DNA of 58,154 bases, filler included, from Sphacelaria rigidula (lineage: Eukaryota), in the NCBI GenBank assembly GCA_964200075.2. It is 6 parts of 6 records of this genome, joined end to end, with 100 filler letters (N's around TTAATTAATTAA, not from the genome) between each part and the next. Parts side by side here need not be neighbours in the genome. Positions count along the whole stretch, not along the records: positions 19,421 to 29,029 come from CAXNAA020008107.1; positions 29,130 to 38,738 come from CAXNAA020008108.1; 4 more parts are not named here. One strand, 5' to 3'. Of the stretch, positions 26,901 through 38,738 are shown one piece after another (the first letter of the stretch is position 1; each line of letters starts with the position of its first letter). Under the pieces are notes generated by a model. That model was not told the DNA's origin, ran no database searches, and worked only from the letters and a program-made list of their open reading frames with translations. Made by a program: the position numbers and the translations under genes.

Positions 26901-27370
26901 GCCGTGCAATCCTCCTATACTGGACGCAACCCCAACATCAGCATCTTGCTCACAACACGAAATATCGCAACATGCGTCGTGGCGCAGCAGCCCGCGAACT
27001 GCACCGCGACCAAGGCCTACGCTTCGTCGCCGATGGCTACAAACTGGTTCCCACCAAGGTTTGTAAAGCAAAGTTCTTCGCAAACTAGAAAACACTACCC
27101 AAGGGCTCCTACCTGTGGTTCAAAGGCAACGACAACCTTTGGTGGTTGGGCCAGACGCACTCCGCTGATCTAGTCTCTGCTGACACATACATCGTGCGCT
27201 TCATCGATGACCCGGGACCCATACAGCTTAAGCTCCGGCCTGCGCTATACACCACCAGTCCATCTGCACCACGCGGATCTTGGTGTCTTCAGCGCCTCAA
27301 GTCCAAAGGACTTCGCCACGGTCTCCAGCGCAGCATCGACCACACCCACGACGTGCACGCACCGCTGTGA
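20959..27370 (+). pseudogene. pol: Gypsy pol: protease, reverse transcriptase, RNase H and integrase with extended C-terminus
   Basis: Protease LLDSGS (about 22227) and ILLGRD. RT motifs PKKDG, FDLASGFFQ, RMPQG and YPDD (decayed YxDD). RNase H TNAS, YTDH and NADLLSR. Integrase H-H-C-C zinc finger (CHTDLSCHLG...CFKC), FDYFGPLP, SDNG, GGTERVN and WTGPF. Confidence 0.95.
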
Positions 27371-27642
27371 ACTGCGCCCCCCGCCGTCATCTTTCTTATT
27401 CTCTTTAGTCTTTTGCTCTCTCTTTTTCCACTAGGATCCTACTCTACGACATCCACGACAGGATCACCTTGCCCCAGACCATGATCGGACAGGAGCCGCT
27501 CGCCACCTACGACTACTGGAGCTCTGCTATTCCCTCTTTTTCGACGGGGCCGGGTCTTGTTGGATCACCAACTCTTCCGATTTGCTTTTCTTGCTTCCGA
27601 CCAACTTACGTTGGTCGCCTGTTACTGCTGTAAGCATTATTT

Positions 27643-27789
27643 CCTTTGGAATGCCCCAGGTTGAGGCTGGCGTAGCTTGCTCCCTGTTGTCCCTTTGGAA
27701 TCCCCCAGGTCGAAGCTGGCGTCACTTACTCCCTGTTGTCCCTTTGGAATCCCCCAGGTCGACGCTGGCGTAGCTTGCTCCCTGTTGTA
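27643..27789 (+). repeat. Three 49-bp tandem repeats in the retrotransposon 3'UTR
   Basis: Units starting CCTTTGGAAT.CCCCAGGT.GA.GCTGGCGT at 27643, 27692 and 27741. Confidence 0.9.
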
Positions 27790-28070
27790 CCCCCCTGTTT
27801 TTTTCCTCGTTTTGCTAGGACGTCGAAGCATTGTGTGCTTCTTCGTTGGTTTCTAGCACGCGGCAGCAGTGTTGTGCTTCCGCTTTTCAAGCAGTTTAGT
27901 GTCTGCTTTCTTCACTCTGAGGTGTGGGAGTGGGTCGGAAGTATTTCCTTAGGCGTGTTTTATTAGCATTAGCCGCTCATGACTTTACGAATAAAGAAAA
28001 AACCTTAGTTTTCGCTGCTTTTGAAGATATATTCTCGCAGTTGTAATAAAGGTTCTTCTGGGTGGGTTAG

Positions 28071-28689
28071 TGTCATGAATGAGCATATTAGTCTAGCATA
28101 TTAGCCTGTTATCACGCTCAGACCCGTCAATGAGTCTAGACAGTTATTGGCTCAGGATATCTTGACTGCAGGTCTGTTCAGAGTTGGTCGGTACGAGTAT
28201 GAACGGGTATAAAAGCGAGGGGGTGCCTGTCTGACGACCCCCAAGCATCTCCCCATCGTTCCGCACTACTACTTGCCACCAAGCTCTCTGCAAGGAAGTT
28301 AAGCATCGGTGAGATTATTGAGTGAACGTGAGAGATTGAACGCGAGAGTTCGGATGAGCAGAAGGTTGAGACCAAGCATTTAACGAAGAGATATACTGAA
28401 CCTGCACGTGAGATCATAAAAAATATCTTGGACACATCAAGGGTTACAGTCACTGATTGCTCGAGTTTGTTGTCGGGCTCTTGTCTTGTCTACTCACTGA
28501 GTATTGCATAGCGACTCGTGTATCTCATACACGCGGCTTATCCCCTTGATAATTCGCCGGACCAGACTCACACTCAATCACCAAGCGCGAAGCGCCATGG
28601 TGTGTTCGGCGAGTCGCATGAAGAGTGAGCTGCATCCTGGTAAGATTATTCGGCCCGAGGCCTACTGATCACCTTGGATTTGGATGACA
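28071..28689 (+). repeat. 3' LTR of the Gypsy element (619 bp)
   Basis: Follows G-rich GGGTGGGTTAG. Starts TGTCAT and ends ATGACA (6-bp inverted termini, TG...CA). TATAAAA at 28208. Cannot be confirmed against a 5' LTR. Confidence 0.7.
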
Positions 28690-30052
28690 ACCAACAATGA
28701 GTTGCTCTATTTTCTGGTATCGCCACTTCCAGAGACAGTCACGTCTTATGCACTGCCTCATGGACGTCTCACCATGTAAAGACTACGTAGTACGATCATC
28801 CCAATTGTGCGGAGTTGAGGTTCTCCCACGCCGCACAACATGATCTAGCTCGACTACCATCATGGGTTACCGCAAAAAAACGCAAGCGCGCAAAAAACTC
28901 GGTAAGTAACCTGGTTACCTAGCTTACGCAGTGAGTGGCGTGTTTTACAGCGTCATCGCCAACCGACGCCAACCTCTTTGGGGGCCCGCCCCTACAAAGC
29001 CGGGACGGAGCACACCGGGTTTTCGCCAGNNNNNNNNNNNNNNNNNNNNNNNNNNNNNNNNNNNNNNNNNNNNTTAATTAATTAANNNNNNNNNNNNNNN
29101 NNNNNNNNNNNNNNNNNNNNNNNNNNNNNGGCTTATGATCTGGATACAGTCTCTCTCGTCAACAGTGTGCAAGTGTGGGGTAGGGGCAATTCCGCGGACA
29201 TACAGCTAACAACGAAATTAGGGAATCTGATGTCTTGGCGCGACGGAAAATAACTCGAATCGGTGTCATTTAGGAGAAGTACAGCAGCGGCAGCAGGAGC
29301 AGGAGCAGAACAACGGTATCCGCGGTAGCCTACTACAAAACTCTGCCGTTGCGGTTGGGTTGCAACCGAGCTTTCGGGAATCCGGGGTAGATGTTTTGGA
29401 TGTGTCGGGGTGTTGGCCAAAGTTGAATTGACCGGGCGCCCGTCCCGATCAATTGCCGTTGACATCGAGAGCGTGGGTACTGCTGCTAGCCATAGGTTCG
29501 CCATCTCTGGAATGCCAACCGAACAAAGGCACGGTTGTCCACAGGTAAAAGGGGAGGCTGAACTGCGTCAAATTGTTTTAGCTACGACTTCCTCGGACTT
29601 GAACACCGTTATCAATAGATATGTGATTGGAGTTGACTGTCCTATGTGGAGGGCCTTCTCCCAGAACGATGGGTGGCGTAGTTGCTGTTGAAATAGTGAT
29701 TGCGCCCATCGCCCATGTACCGAGGCAAACCGCTACGCGAATTGTTGTTTTGGATAAACTTTCATGTCCCGTACCGATGGAGGTGTATAGTCATCGTTGT
29801 TGGACAAACGCCGTCTGCGCGCGTGTTTCCACTATCGATCCCAGCGATTGGCTTCTTGACTTTAATTTTTCAATTTTTCCCGCGTTCCATCTACCAATGA
29901 TCCGCTACGAACTGAGCCGCAAATGCCCACGAGATAGCACGCACCATTCCACATTTCCATTCTTGTTGCTTCCTCTGTTATCAATTATTGCTGGATATTT
30001 TTGTCACCACCGGAACTGAACTGTGCTTTTTTTTTCAACGTTTGGGCGACAG

Positions 30053-30153
30053 ATCACGCGGGCTCAGGGTAACGAGGAGGCGGCGAAGATCAACGCCCAG
30101 AGGGAGGCGGAGGCACGTATTCGTCAAGCGGAAATCGAGGCACAGGCGGACAG
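30053..30153 (+). CDS. SPFH/band-7-like protein, coiled-coil exon ITRAQGNEEAAKINAQREAEARIRQAEIEAQAD
   Basis: CAG acceptor after a poly-T tract and GTGATG donor. The phase-2 end matches the next exon. A/E-rich AEA-type coiled coil. The family call is inferred from the C-terminus only. Confidence 0.75.
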
Positions 30154-31148
30154 GTGATGATCCTCGATCGTCTTCTAAATGTGTCGAAGCCGTTGTTGCC
30201 CTTGTCCGGGTCGTGCATGCGTTAGTTTAGTGCTGTGTATTTGTCCGTGTATTTTGTTCTGATGGGAAATTATTCGTGCGGAGCTGGTGTATGTAACGGC
30301 GCCTTCGGGCGAGCAGAAGAATATTTGACGACCCTTAACCCCGGCTCAATGGCTTCTGTGTTTTTGCAGACAATCTCTCTGTCGCTCATTTTCCCTCCTC
30401 CACGACGTCGCCAAATCATTGGTATGTCGAATCATATCACTGGTATGCGTATCTGGTCATATTGTTGGCAAATATGATTTCGACGAGGATATAATATATA
30501 GTCGGTGAATAGTAGCGACGATCTCCATCGCTACGTGTCGGCGGCGACAAGAAAGACTCGGATCAATTGATTAATCTCTCTCGCCCGCCGTGGTCGTCTT
30601 TTGTCCAGTGAGTGGCGGCGACTCCTTCTCTCTTCGTTTTGGTGTCTGTTGTTGACAGCCTTTTTTGTGTTATGAAGTGCGATGCGTGCAAAGGGTGACC
30701 GACTAGTCCTTTGCTGGCTAGTCTCTCTACAGACGGTTGTGACAACTGTCCTTCATTATACGCATTCTCCACATCACCCCCCGAAGCTGTTCGAGGGATG
30801 TAGCTCACCCTTTATGCGACTCGCCGAACACATGACGGCGCTTTGCTCTCGGTGATTGATCGGGAGCTTGGTCCGGATAAAACCCGTTGTGCTCCGTCCC
30901 TCCTTTGTAGGTATGCGCGGTCAATGATCATATGACTACGGCATGCAAGATCATGAGTACACCCCCTCCCAAAGCCGTTGGTTGTGCGGAAAAAACTTAT
31001 CGCGGATGTGGTTTAGGGGACTCGAAGTACGGAACCCCTCGGAACATCATCTCTCTACAGCTAAACGATTTGTATCGCCTGATGTCAAACGACTGACGGT
31101 CTCCACCCATCATTTGTTTCGGCCTTGTCTGATGATCTCGATGAGCAG

Positions 31149-31317
31149 GACGAGGGCCGAGAAAGAGGCGGAGGTAGCCATTCTCAACTCCCAAGCCAAG
31201 CTGAACGCGGCCTCCAACAACGCCAAGGGGATGGTCGCCGAAGCTGAGGCGGAAATGAAGGCGGTCGAGAGTCTCGCAGAGAAGCGAAGGTTCGAGCTGG
31301 AGTGGAAGCGTCTCGAG
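31149..31317 (+). CDS. SPFH/band-7-like protein exon RTRAEKEAEVAILNSQAKL...FELEWKRLE
   Basis: CAG acceptor and GTACGT donor. Phase 2 to 0, continuous with both flanking exons. GC3-rich codons. Confidence 0.8.
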
Positions 31318-32089
31318 GTACGTTCATACGTACAATATTTCGCTGTTGTGGAGTATGACGTCATCGGAACGTTGCACCCAGCAGTGGTGATCTGAGATCC
31401 GGTTAAGGGTGGTCATACTTCGTTCCCCCCTCATTTCCAAGTTGGTGTTTTTTTTGTGCGTGCCCGTCACCGAGAACTGAAACTGTGCGGACCTCTGATT
31501 GTGCCGAAAATTTGTACGCTATGTGCCCTGCCAAGTATGTCGACAGCGTACTCACTCCCAGTCCGATACTTCCCTAGCCCTTACGGTTTGCGTCTGACTA
31601 TGGTCTAACAATGGGGCGGACGACCGCTATCTTGGAGTTGTGTTTACGAGGGCGCTGATCATACAGGCGCTGAAACCTACTGTTGCGAGTCACGCCTGAC
31701 TCCCTCCTACCCCCCGCCTACACACACGCATGCAAAATATGAGGGGTAGGTATGAGAGCAAAGGAACGAAGCATGGTCCACGTCACGGTCTCGTGACGGA
31801 GGGGGGTGATGAAGTCGTGGTAGAGCTTGTGCGAGAAGCTTGGGAATCATACATACGAGTGTTGTCGTGGAATTATCATGTTTTTGAAACCACTAGTAGT
31901 ACAGGAGAACAATAGGCACTGACTGGAAAAGCTTACAAGCTTGCACCGATACAGTGCCCCCCCACCTCCGCTCGCGTTCCTTCGTCTCGAAAGAGGTGCG
32001 TGGTCAATGGTCAAACGACCAAGGCGAACAACAATTGAGTACGCCCCCGCGTTCCTCCGAAACACCGGAAGGATTGCAGAAACAATACA

Positions 32090-33300
32090 ATAAAGAAGGC
32101 GCTAGGAACCACTAGGAAATGGGGAGGAACTACCGATCGTAGACCAGTATACATACCTTGACCTAGAGATGTAAAAATCAGCTGTTCCTGGGATGCACAC
32201 ATAGATATAGCGATAGGAAAAAGGTAAGGCACGGATAGGCAAAATGAACGTGATCCTAAGAGATTCGCACCTCGACACTAGAATGATAAATGTATTCTGA
32301 TGAACGTAACTTACCGAAGCTAGAATATATGCAGGAAAAATATGGAAAGGGAACGCGAAGTTGGTGAAGCAGCTGGAAGCAGTAGAGATGACATCAGCTG
32401 AGAACATACTTGGATGCTGAAAAACGACGAGTGGCGCAGTATTGAAAACAGAATTGGGAATAGACCCACTCAAAACAAAGTAAGACCTGAGAAACATTGA
32501 AATAACAATATAACGTAAAAAAGCATGCAAAGAAAGAGATTGTCAGTAATAGTTGATAGGGCTGTATGGAAGAAAGTAACGAAAGGGCAGACTTGAATAC
32601 GGTGGGATTGCGCAGTAGAGGAAGTATTGAAGGGTGCCGGAGGAAAACCAGGACGAGATGATGTCCCCAGGTGAGTGTGGGAGTACAAGGCAAAAGTAAG
32701 AGATATGATAGGAACAAGTGGGAAAACAAGCGCTAAGACGGAACGTAGATGAGGAAGAGCACCTGAAGATATACGAGGGGTTGAGAGAAGAGATGGGTAT
32801 GATGGACGTATCTATACGGCCTAGTGGATTACGCAAAAAAGTCGGAAGTGCGATTTCGAGTGGGGGACCTGGACGTGCCAGAAAGAAGGAAGAAATATAC
32901 CAGTATTCGGGTGGAGGAGGAAGTAGATGCACAGAATTACCTCTGCGGCAAAGCAATGAAGGGTAGAACTCATGGAGTGGGAGAATGTGAACTATACGAG
33001 GAAGAACGGGACGTGATAAAGAGGGAAATGTGGGAACTAGGCGAAGGTGAAATGGAGTCGTTTGGTACGTTGAGCAGTATCGAGAAGGCGATCGCTTCAT
33101 CAGGAGTTACATGGTGGCCGTTGACGGCAAAGTAGGATGGGCGCAAGAAATGTAAGACATCTTGTGTGATGCATGGAAGAAACGTAATGAGCGCCCAAAT
33201 GTTGGGGGTGTCTTTACTAGGAGCAGGAAAAGTGCTCCGTCTCGCAAGGGATGCGTGGTCAATGGTCAAACGACTAAGGAATGCAATAAATGAGTATCTC
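32090..33300 (+). mobile_element. Decayed 5'-truncated LINE (post-RT region, Cys/His C-terminal domain, 3' end) inside the SPFH intron
   Basis: Strongly purine-biased. Remnant RFRVGDLDVPERRKKY...LCGKA...RTHGVGECELYEEER resembles the LINE C-terminal CCHC-type region. Its 3' terminus recurs elsewhere in the window. Confidence 0.75.
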
Positions 33301-36018
33301 CCCATTCGCCCCGCCTCCCGTTCCATTCTAGTCGCTCCTCTGTCCCCCCGCTCTTTGAAGTTTTTGAATGTCGATCTCTGGTAGTCGCTCACGCAGCACT
33401 TTCCCGTCGATACATTCGTTGGTTGTTGCCCCCCAGACCCCCCCCTCCCACGGACACACGGGGACTGCTTGGATGCGATGTCCGAAGAAATTGGTAGTGA
33501 CCGAAGGAAAAAGGCTGAGTACGTGAAGCTTCGTCCGATCCTGATCCGACTGGAATCTTGACATACGAACAAAATCGGCCATGTACAGTGTAGTGTATTC
33601 TATATGTATGCACAATACCTGTGCGGTTTTTTATTGGGGACGTACTCCAGTACACTGCGTAGTCGTCGCTGTCTCTATTCTTGAATATTCCACTTGCCTG
33701 TTATATGTATGCCATTTTCAAGACGCAAATTTTATGTATATATATATATAACCGACATTTTTGGGAAGTGATCACTCCACATCGCCTCTGGAAAATACGG
33801 AGGACACCGAGCGAAATTCGATACCCGTCGTCTTGCTTGTGTCGCCAATACACCCTGGACAAAATATTCCGTTGTCAAAAAGTGTGCTGTGTACAGTGTC
33901 GACTATTGCGTCTGTTGCAAGAGATGGTAGATTCTATACTGTATGCAGTACACTTTTCACAATGTGATAATTGTCATGATCCAGGGTGTGATCGCCACCA
34001 CCATCACCACCGTAATATCACATCGCAGTTGAATAGATTTGTGCCGTTTAGGCAGCTGTGGCGCATGCATCAAGAGCCGCCGTTTTCTTTTGGCGTCTGG
34101 TGTACTTCGATTCGACATTGATTTACTTATTAATACTGTATCTAGCGTCCTTTCTGTGCATGCGATGCGTGCGCCGATGAATGTGAGCGGGGCGTTCGGT
34201 CTCTCCTCGCATGATGATTCCGCGGGACGATAGTTGTGAGTAGTGGACGAGGAATTAAGGATACAGCTCCTACCGTTTGACGCGCCTTGTCGTTTGAGCT
34301 AAGAAGGTATTGATCATCGCATGCATTTTACAGGTTCACTCGAAAGTGACGGCACACTCAGATGCAGTAGTCAGTAGTCACCCTCCCCTCAGCGGTGCAT
34401 ATGGGTACCGAACTGTCGTAAGTAGCGTAAGCACGTTGCCGCTTACCGGCGCACACCAGGAACCCGTCGTTTACGAAATGTGCCTTGCCAAACGAGAAGT
34501 CGAGGCTAACAGCTCCACGAGCAGCTGGCACACGACTCACCGATTGGTCATGCTGGCGAAAGGAAATTACTGCACCCACCACCAAAGCAGCAGAAGGAAA
34601 GGAGACATGGTTGATAAAAACATTCAAGAAGTCGGGATCACCACATCGTGGTTGTAGCTACTATCCTCTTCTTAATAACTTCGAGCTGGGCCAGCCTGAA
34701 AACTGATTTAAGCTCTCATATCCATATCTTATTGACGCAGACGAATTGGGCCGTGATCGGGACGTCTTATTTGTTGTCTGATAAAGGGAAGGGGTGCACT
34801 TGCTCAGAAGCCTGGATATATTTTTTTGTCTCTTTGATTGAACGCCATGTCGAATAAATCCTATACCGTACGGAAATAGGATCCATACTAACGTCTATAC
34901 CAAATGCCGAACGACATTTACAGTGGATGATGATGATTTTTGGTGTGAACATTCCCTGGAGCACGGGGAAACGGTTGATACCCTCATCTTCACCTAATTC
35001 GTGATTTATCTCTAATAAGAGACGTGGCGCACATTGGATTATATACTCAAATCCATATATTACGGGCACAGGCACTTGATGCGCGAAATCTGGAATTCTC
35101 ACCTCAAGTAAGTCTAGGAGTTATGCGTCGAAAATTAGTATGGAGTATTGCAAGGGGGAAATGAAGACACAATATTCAGGACCTTGATATATATATCATC
35201 ATTATCATCAGTTCCGGACGTTTACGTGAAAAAATAGGCATTGTTTTCGGATCTTAACTCAGTTTCTCAGCTTAGCTTTCTCGAAATTTGCTTTGCAATG
35301 TAGTACGGAGAATCACAAAGGCATGCTGGAAACGAAACAAAACTGAACCGTCGTCTTCTTCCGTGAGCTAAGGACCTTATCGTGAAAAACTGTACTCAAG
35401 CGTCCTTGACCCATGAGAAAAAGTCTCCGTGTCCCATTTTTTTTACTTCACTATACTAAAGTGATTCTCGACCGGTCCAGGCTGTAAATCTAGAGTTTTA
35501 ACCTCAATTTTGAGAGTTGGACTTTCAAATTTATTATGGAGAATCGGTAGGGCATGATGAAAAACAAGCAATTTCAGCACGTTAAAGTTTTTCATGAGTT
35601 AGGTCATTTCAATCAAATTTGATTCTTGTTTTGTGCCCTCAACTCGTGAAAAAAATATCGATGTCCCAAAGTTACCTCTTCATCATACCCTGGCGATTCT
35701 TCATACCAAATTTGAAAGTTCATTTCTCAAAATTGCGGTGAGCATCAGCCTGCAAGCTACAGATCTCCTCCTAGGCTGGCCCAGCTCGTGTACCTTCTCC
35801 TTTTCTGCTTTCCCCCCCCCCCAAGGCTTGCTGAAAACGCAATACAATGCTGATCTGTAACATTCCGAAAATAGTGCCCGATGAAAACCGTACGGGTCGC
35901 CAAAACTATAGCTCTTTTTGACTTTAATATTTTCAAGTACGTACGCTATACAAGGCTATTCGTTTGTTAATACCGAAATTCTGACGAGACAACGTCTTCA
36001 AAAACGTTGGAAACACAG

Positions 36019-36129
36019 GTAATGAAGACGATGGCGGCAAAGGGGCGCAAGATGATCTGCGGGGAGGCTGGAGCCAAACTTATGCAGGAACTAATACCGA
36101 CTGCCGGGCGAGGGGGCATAGCGGGCTAG
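36019..36129 (+). CDS. SPFH/band-7-like protein terminal exon VMKTMAAKGRKMICGEAGAKLMQELIPTAGRGGIAG*
   Basis: ACACAG acceptor, phase 0 matching the previous exon, TAG at 36127-29. Confidence 0.7.
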   Translation, partial: VMKTMAAKGRKMICGEAGAKLMQELIPTAGRGGIAG

Positions 36130-36932
36130 ATACGTTATGCTGTAGTATTACCAACACCAAAGCAGTCAACGCTCAAGTTGGCAGAATCATGTATGTAGCG
36201 AAATACACCAGTAATGATCGTTTTGAGTAGCTGTCATGTGCTGACGATAATCCATCTGCCAGCTTGCCCCGTAGTTCGTGTCTAAGCATACTACTTTCGG
36301 ATATAACCGAAGAGTGTAAGAGAGCGGTTGGTGATGAGGATGACGTTTCGGGGTGTCGAACAATGCCTCGTGTCCATGTGCGCGCGAAGGTAGAATAGAT
36401 TGGAGGGTTGGAAGATGCAAAACGTACGTATGTACAATCTGATTCCGATGGAATGCAGCACAGGTTATACCTTAACCCGTCGACAAATGTCCTACTCCTA
36501 AGTTATCAAGTGCTTGGTCTCGGCGTGGACAACCACATCCTCAGCTTTTCGGGGCTGTGGCAACTGTGGTATTGATTATATTGTAGTTTACCGTAGTGTA
36601 TATCGAAAAAGGTATAGCAACGCGGCGCTGGCGCTAGTCCGGGACTTTCTGCAACATGACAGGCGCGGCGGCACACCCTCGATGCAAGTTTTAATCTGGG
36701 ACTCTACATGCTCAACCAGCAGCAGCAGTAGACTACACAATATGCGCAGCTAACAACGAAAAGATGGATCAGAGATGCCCGTACGCATTTCAACCTCGAG
36801 ACACGAGGGCTCCATCCTATCAGCATAATAAGTCATTGTCAACCTGTTGCCGAGTGAAGCTGCCGCCACTATCACGAATTCAATGTGATTTTCAAGTTGA
36901 AAGTTCAAGATTCACGTTGTGTGAGAGCATTC

Positions 36933-38177
36933 CAAGGGCAGGTCGAGCAGAGTATGTACTCTTGAGTACTAGAGTAATACACTCGAGTATTCACTCTACT
37001 CAATTTTTGAGTAGGCCAAGTACGGCCTAAAATACTCCACTCAATTTTTGAGTAAGTCGAGTACGGCCTCAAATACTCTACTCACTTTTCTAGTAGGTTG
37101 AGTACGGCCTCAAATACTCTACTCAATTTTTGAGTAGATCGAGTACCACCTTCAACACTCTACTCAAACATTGTGTAAGTATTCTCAGTAATACTCGAGT
37201 ACAGAGTATCACTCTGGTATGACCTCAATACTCTACTCAAATTTTGAGTAGGTTGAGTACGGCTTCAAATACTCTACTGAAAATTTGAGTAGGTCGAGTA
37301 CGGCCTCAAATACTCTACGGCCACCAATACTCTACTCAAATATTGAGTAAGCACCTTCTGTAATACTCGAGTGTAGAGTATCACTTGGGTATGATGAGCA
37401 ACCGTGACCGTCGGTGACTTTGTGACGTCACTTCACAGACTACGTTGAATACATGGGCGAACGATGACCATCAATCAGATGAGTGGCGGTACATCACGGG
37501 CTACAATAAGTATGAGCGAATGATAGTCATAAAGAAACAAAAACATCGTGCAGGTGACTGAACCCACCTGCCCCAGCTCACCTGTCCCCACCCATGGCAG
37601 TACATACTTGATACCTCTCAACCCTGTCGATATCACTTTCAGTACAGAGCGCTACTCATCATCATTGAGTAATCGAGTAGACGGGTAGTCGGGTAGGTAT
37701 TCTAAAAATGAGCGACTCTACTGGCCGCATATGTGACTCCTCCATGGGAGAGTCAGCGGTGGTACATCGGGTCCGGACTCTACCCAACTTTCGGGTAGAT
37801 TGAGTATGACCTCAAATACTATACTCAATTTTTGGGTAGCTTGACTATGACCTCAAATACTCTACTCAATTTTTCAGTAGGTCGAGTACGGCCTCAAATA
37901 CTCTACTGAAAATTTGAGTAGATCGATTGCCACCTCCAATACCCTACTCAAATATTGAGTAAGCACTCCCAGTAATACTTGAGTATAGAGTATCACTTGG
38001 GTATGACGTTAATACTCTACTCAAATTTTGAGTAGGTTGAGCACGTCTTCAAATACTCTACTCAAATTTTGAGTAGGTTGAGTACGGCCTCAAATACCCA
38101 ACTCAAAGTTTGATAACTAAAAGTATGACTCTTCGAAAATACTGAGTATTGATTATACTCTACTCGATCTGCCCTTG
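36933..38177. mobile_element. Non-autonomous hAT element, 1245 bp
   Basis: TIR CAAGGGCAGGTCGAGCAGAGTAT / ATACTCTACTCGATCTGCCCTTG. 8-bp TSD GAGCATTC / GAGTATTC (7/8 match). Both arms are arrays of about 40-bp units AAATACTCTACTCAATTTTTGAGTAGGTCGAGTACGGCCTC. Confidence 0.9.
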
Positions 38178-38659
38178 GAGTATTCCCACGCTTCCAAGCG
38201 GCTTTGACATATCTCTTCTCCCCAGGATACAAGTCAAACCCGGCCTATGGTTGGTTGTCGTGGTGTGTTGTGTTGGCAAGACTCAGCTCAATTGAGGAAC
38301 GATTTTTAATACATGCTACGGAGTACAATATATACAAAACAAAGTTGAGCTTTATAAAGAAAAATATACCTTATCCGCAGGACAGAGCAGTCACTCACAA
38401 CTATTTCCCGTTCAGCGAAGATTGGATCATCCCATGGCGGGACTATGCTCGAGAAGGGGAAGCTGAAAATCCTTTTGTGAAGAATTCGTTTGTTTTCACT
38501 AACGTACAAGTAGGCTACTGTTGATGGAGAGGGCCGAATGAACACAGTAAGCGACAGAGGCTCGCCACGAAGATTCAGACCCATCGTTTCTTCTATGTCC
38601 GTAACTCAGAACATGCCTGGTCACTGCAAACCATTAGGGTTTCACATGACTCCAGTGAA

Positions 38660-38738
38660 TAACCCTGACAACAAATTGTGCGAACTGAGGTTTAACTCCG
38701 AGATGGCGTTCAAGCCTAAAACAGTGCTTTCCCCACAC
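38660..38738. mobile_element. Terminus of the same foldback MITE family as 19421-19765
   Basis: TGTGCGAACTGAGGTTTAACTCCGAGATG..GTTCAAGCCTAAAA matches the reverse complement of 19686-19750. Confidence 0.75.

Larger units (their letters stand above)
19768..28689 (+). mobile_element. Ty3/Gypsy LTR retrotransposon, decayed (5' LTR outside the contig)
   Basis: Domain order gag(CCHC)-protease-RT-RNase H-integrase, then 3'UTR, purine-rich tract and LTR. Multiple stops and frameshifts. Confidence 0.97.

Noticed and set aside
36960-38165. CRISPR-like appearance of regular palindromic repeats
   Set aside because: The units are contiguous with no unique spacers, no cas genes are present, and the array is enclosed by hAT TIRs and an 8-bp TSD.
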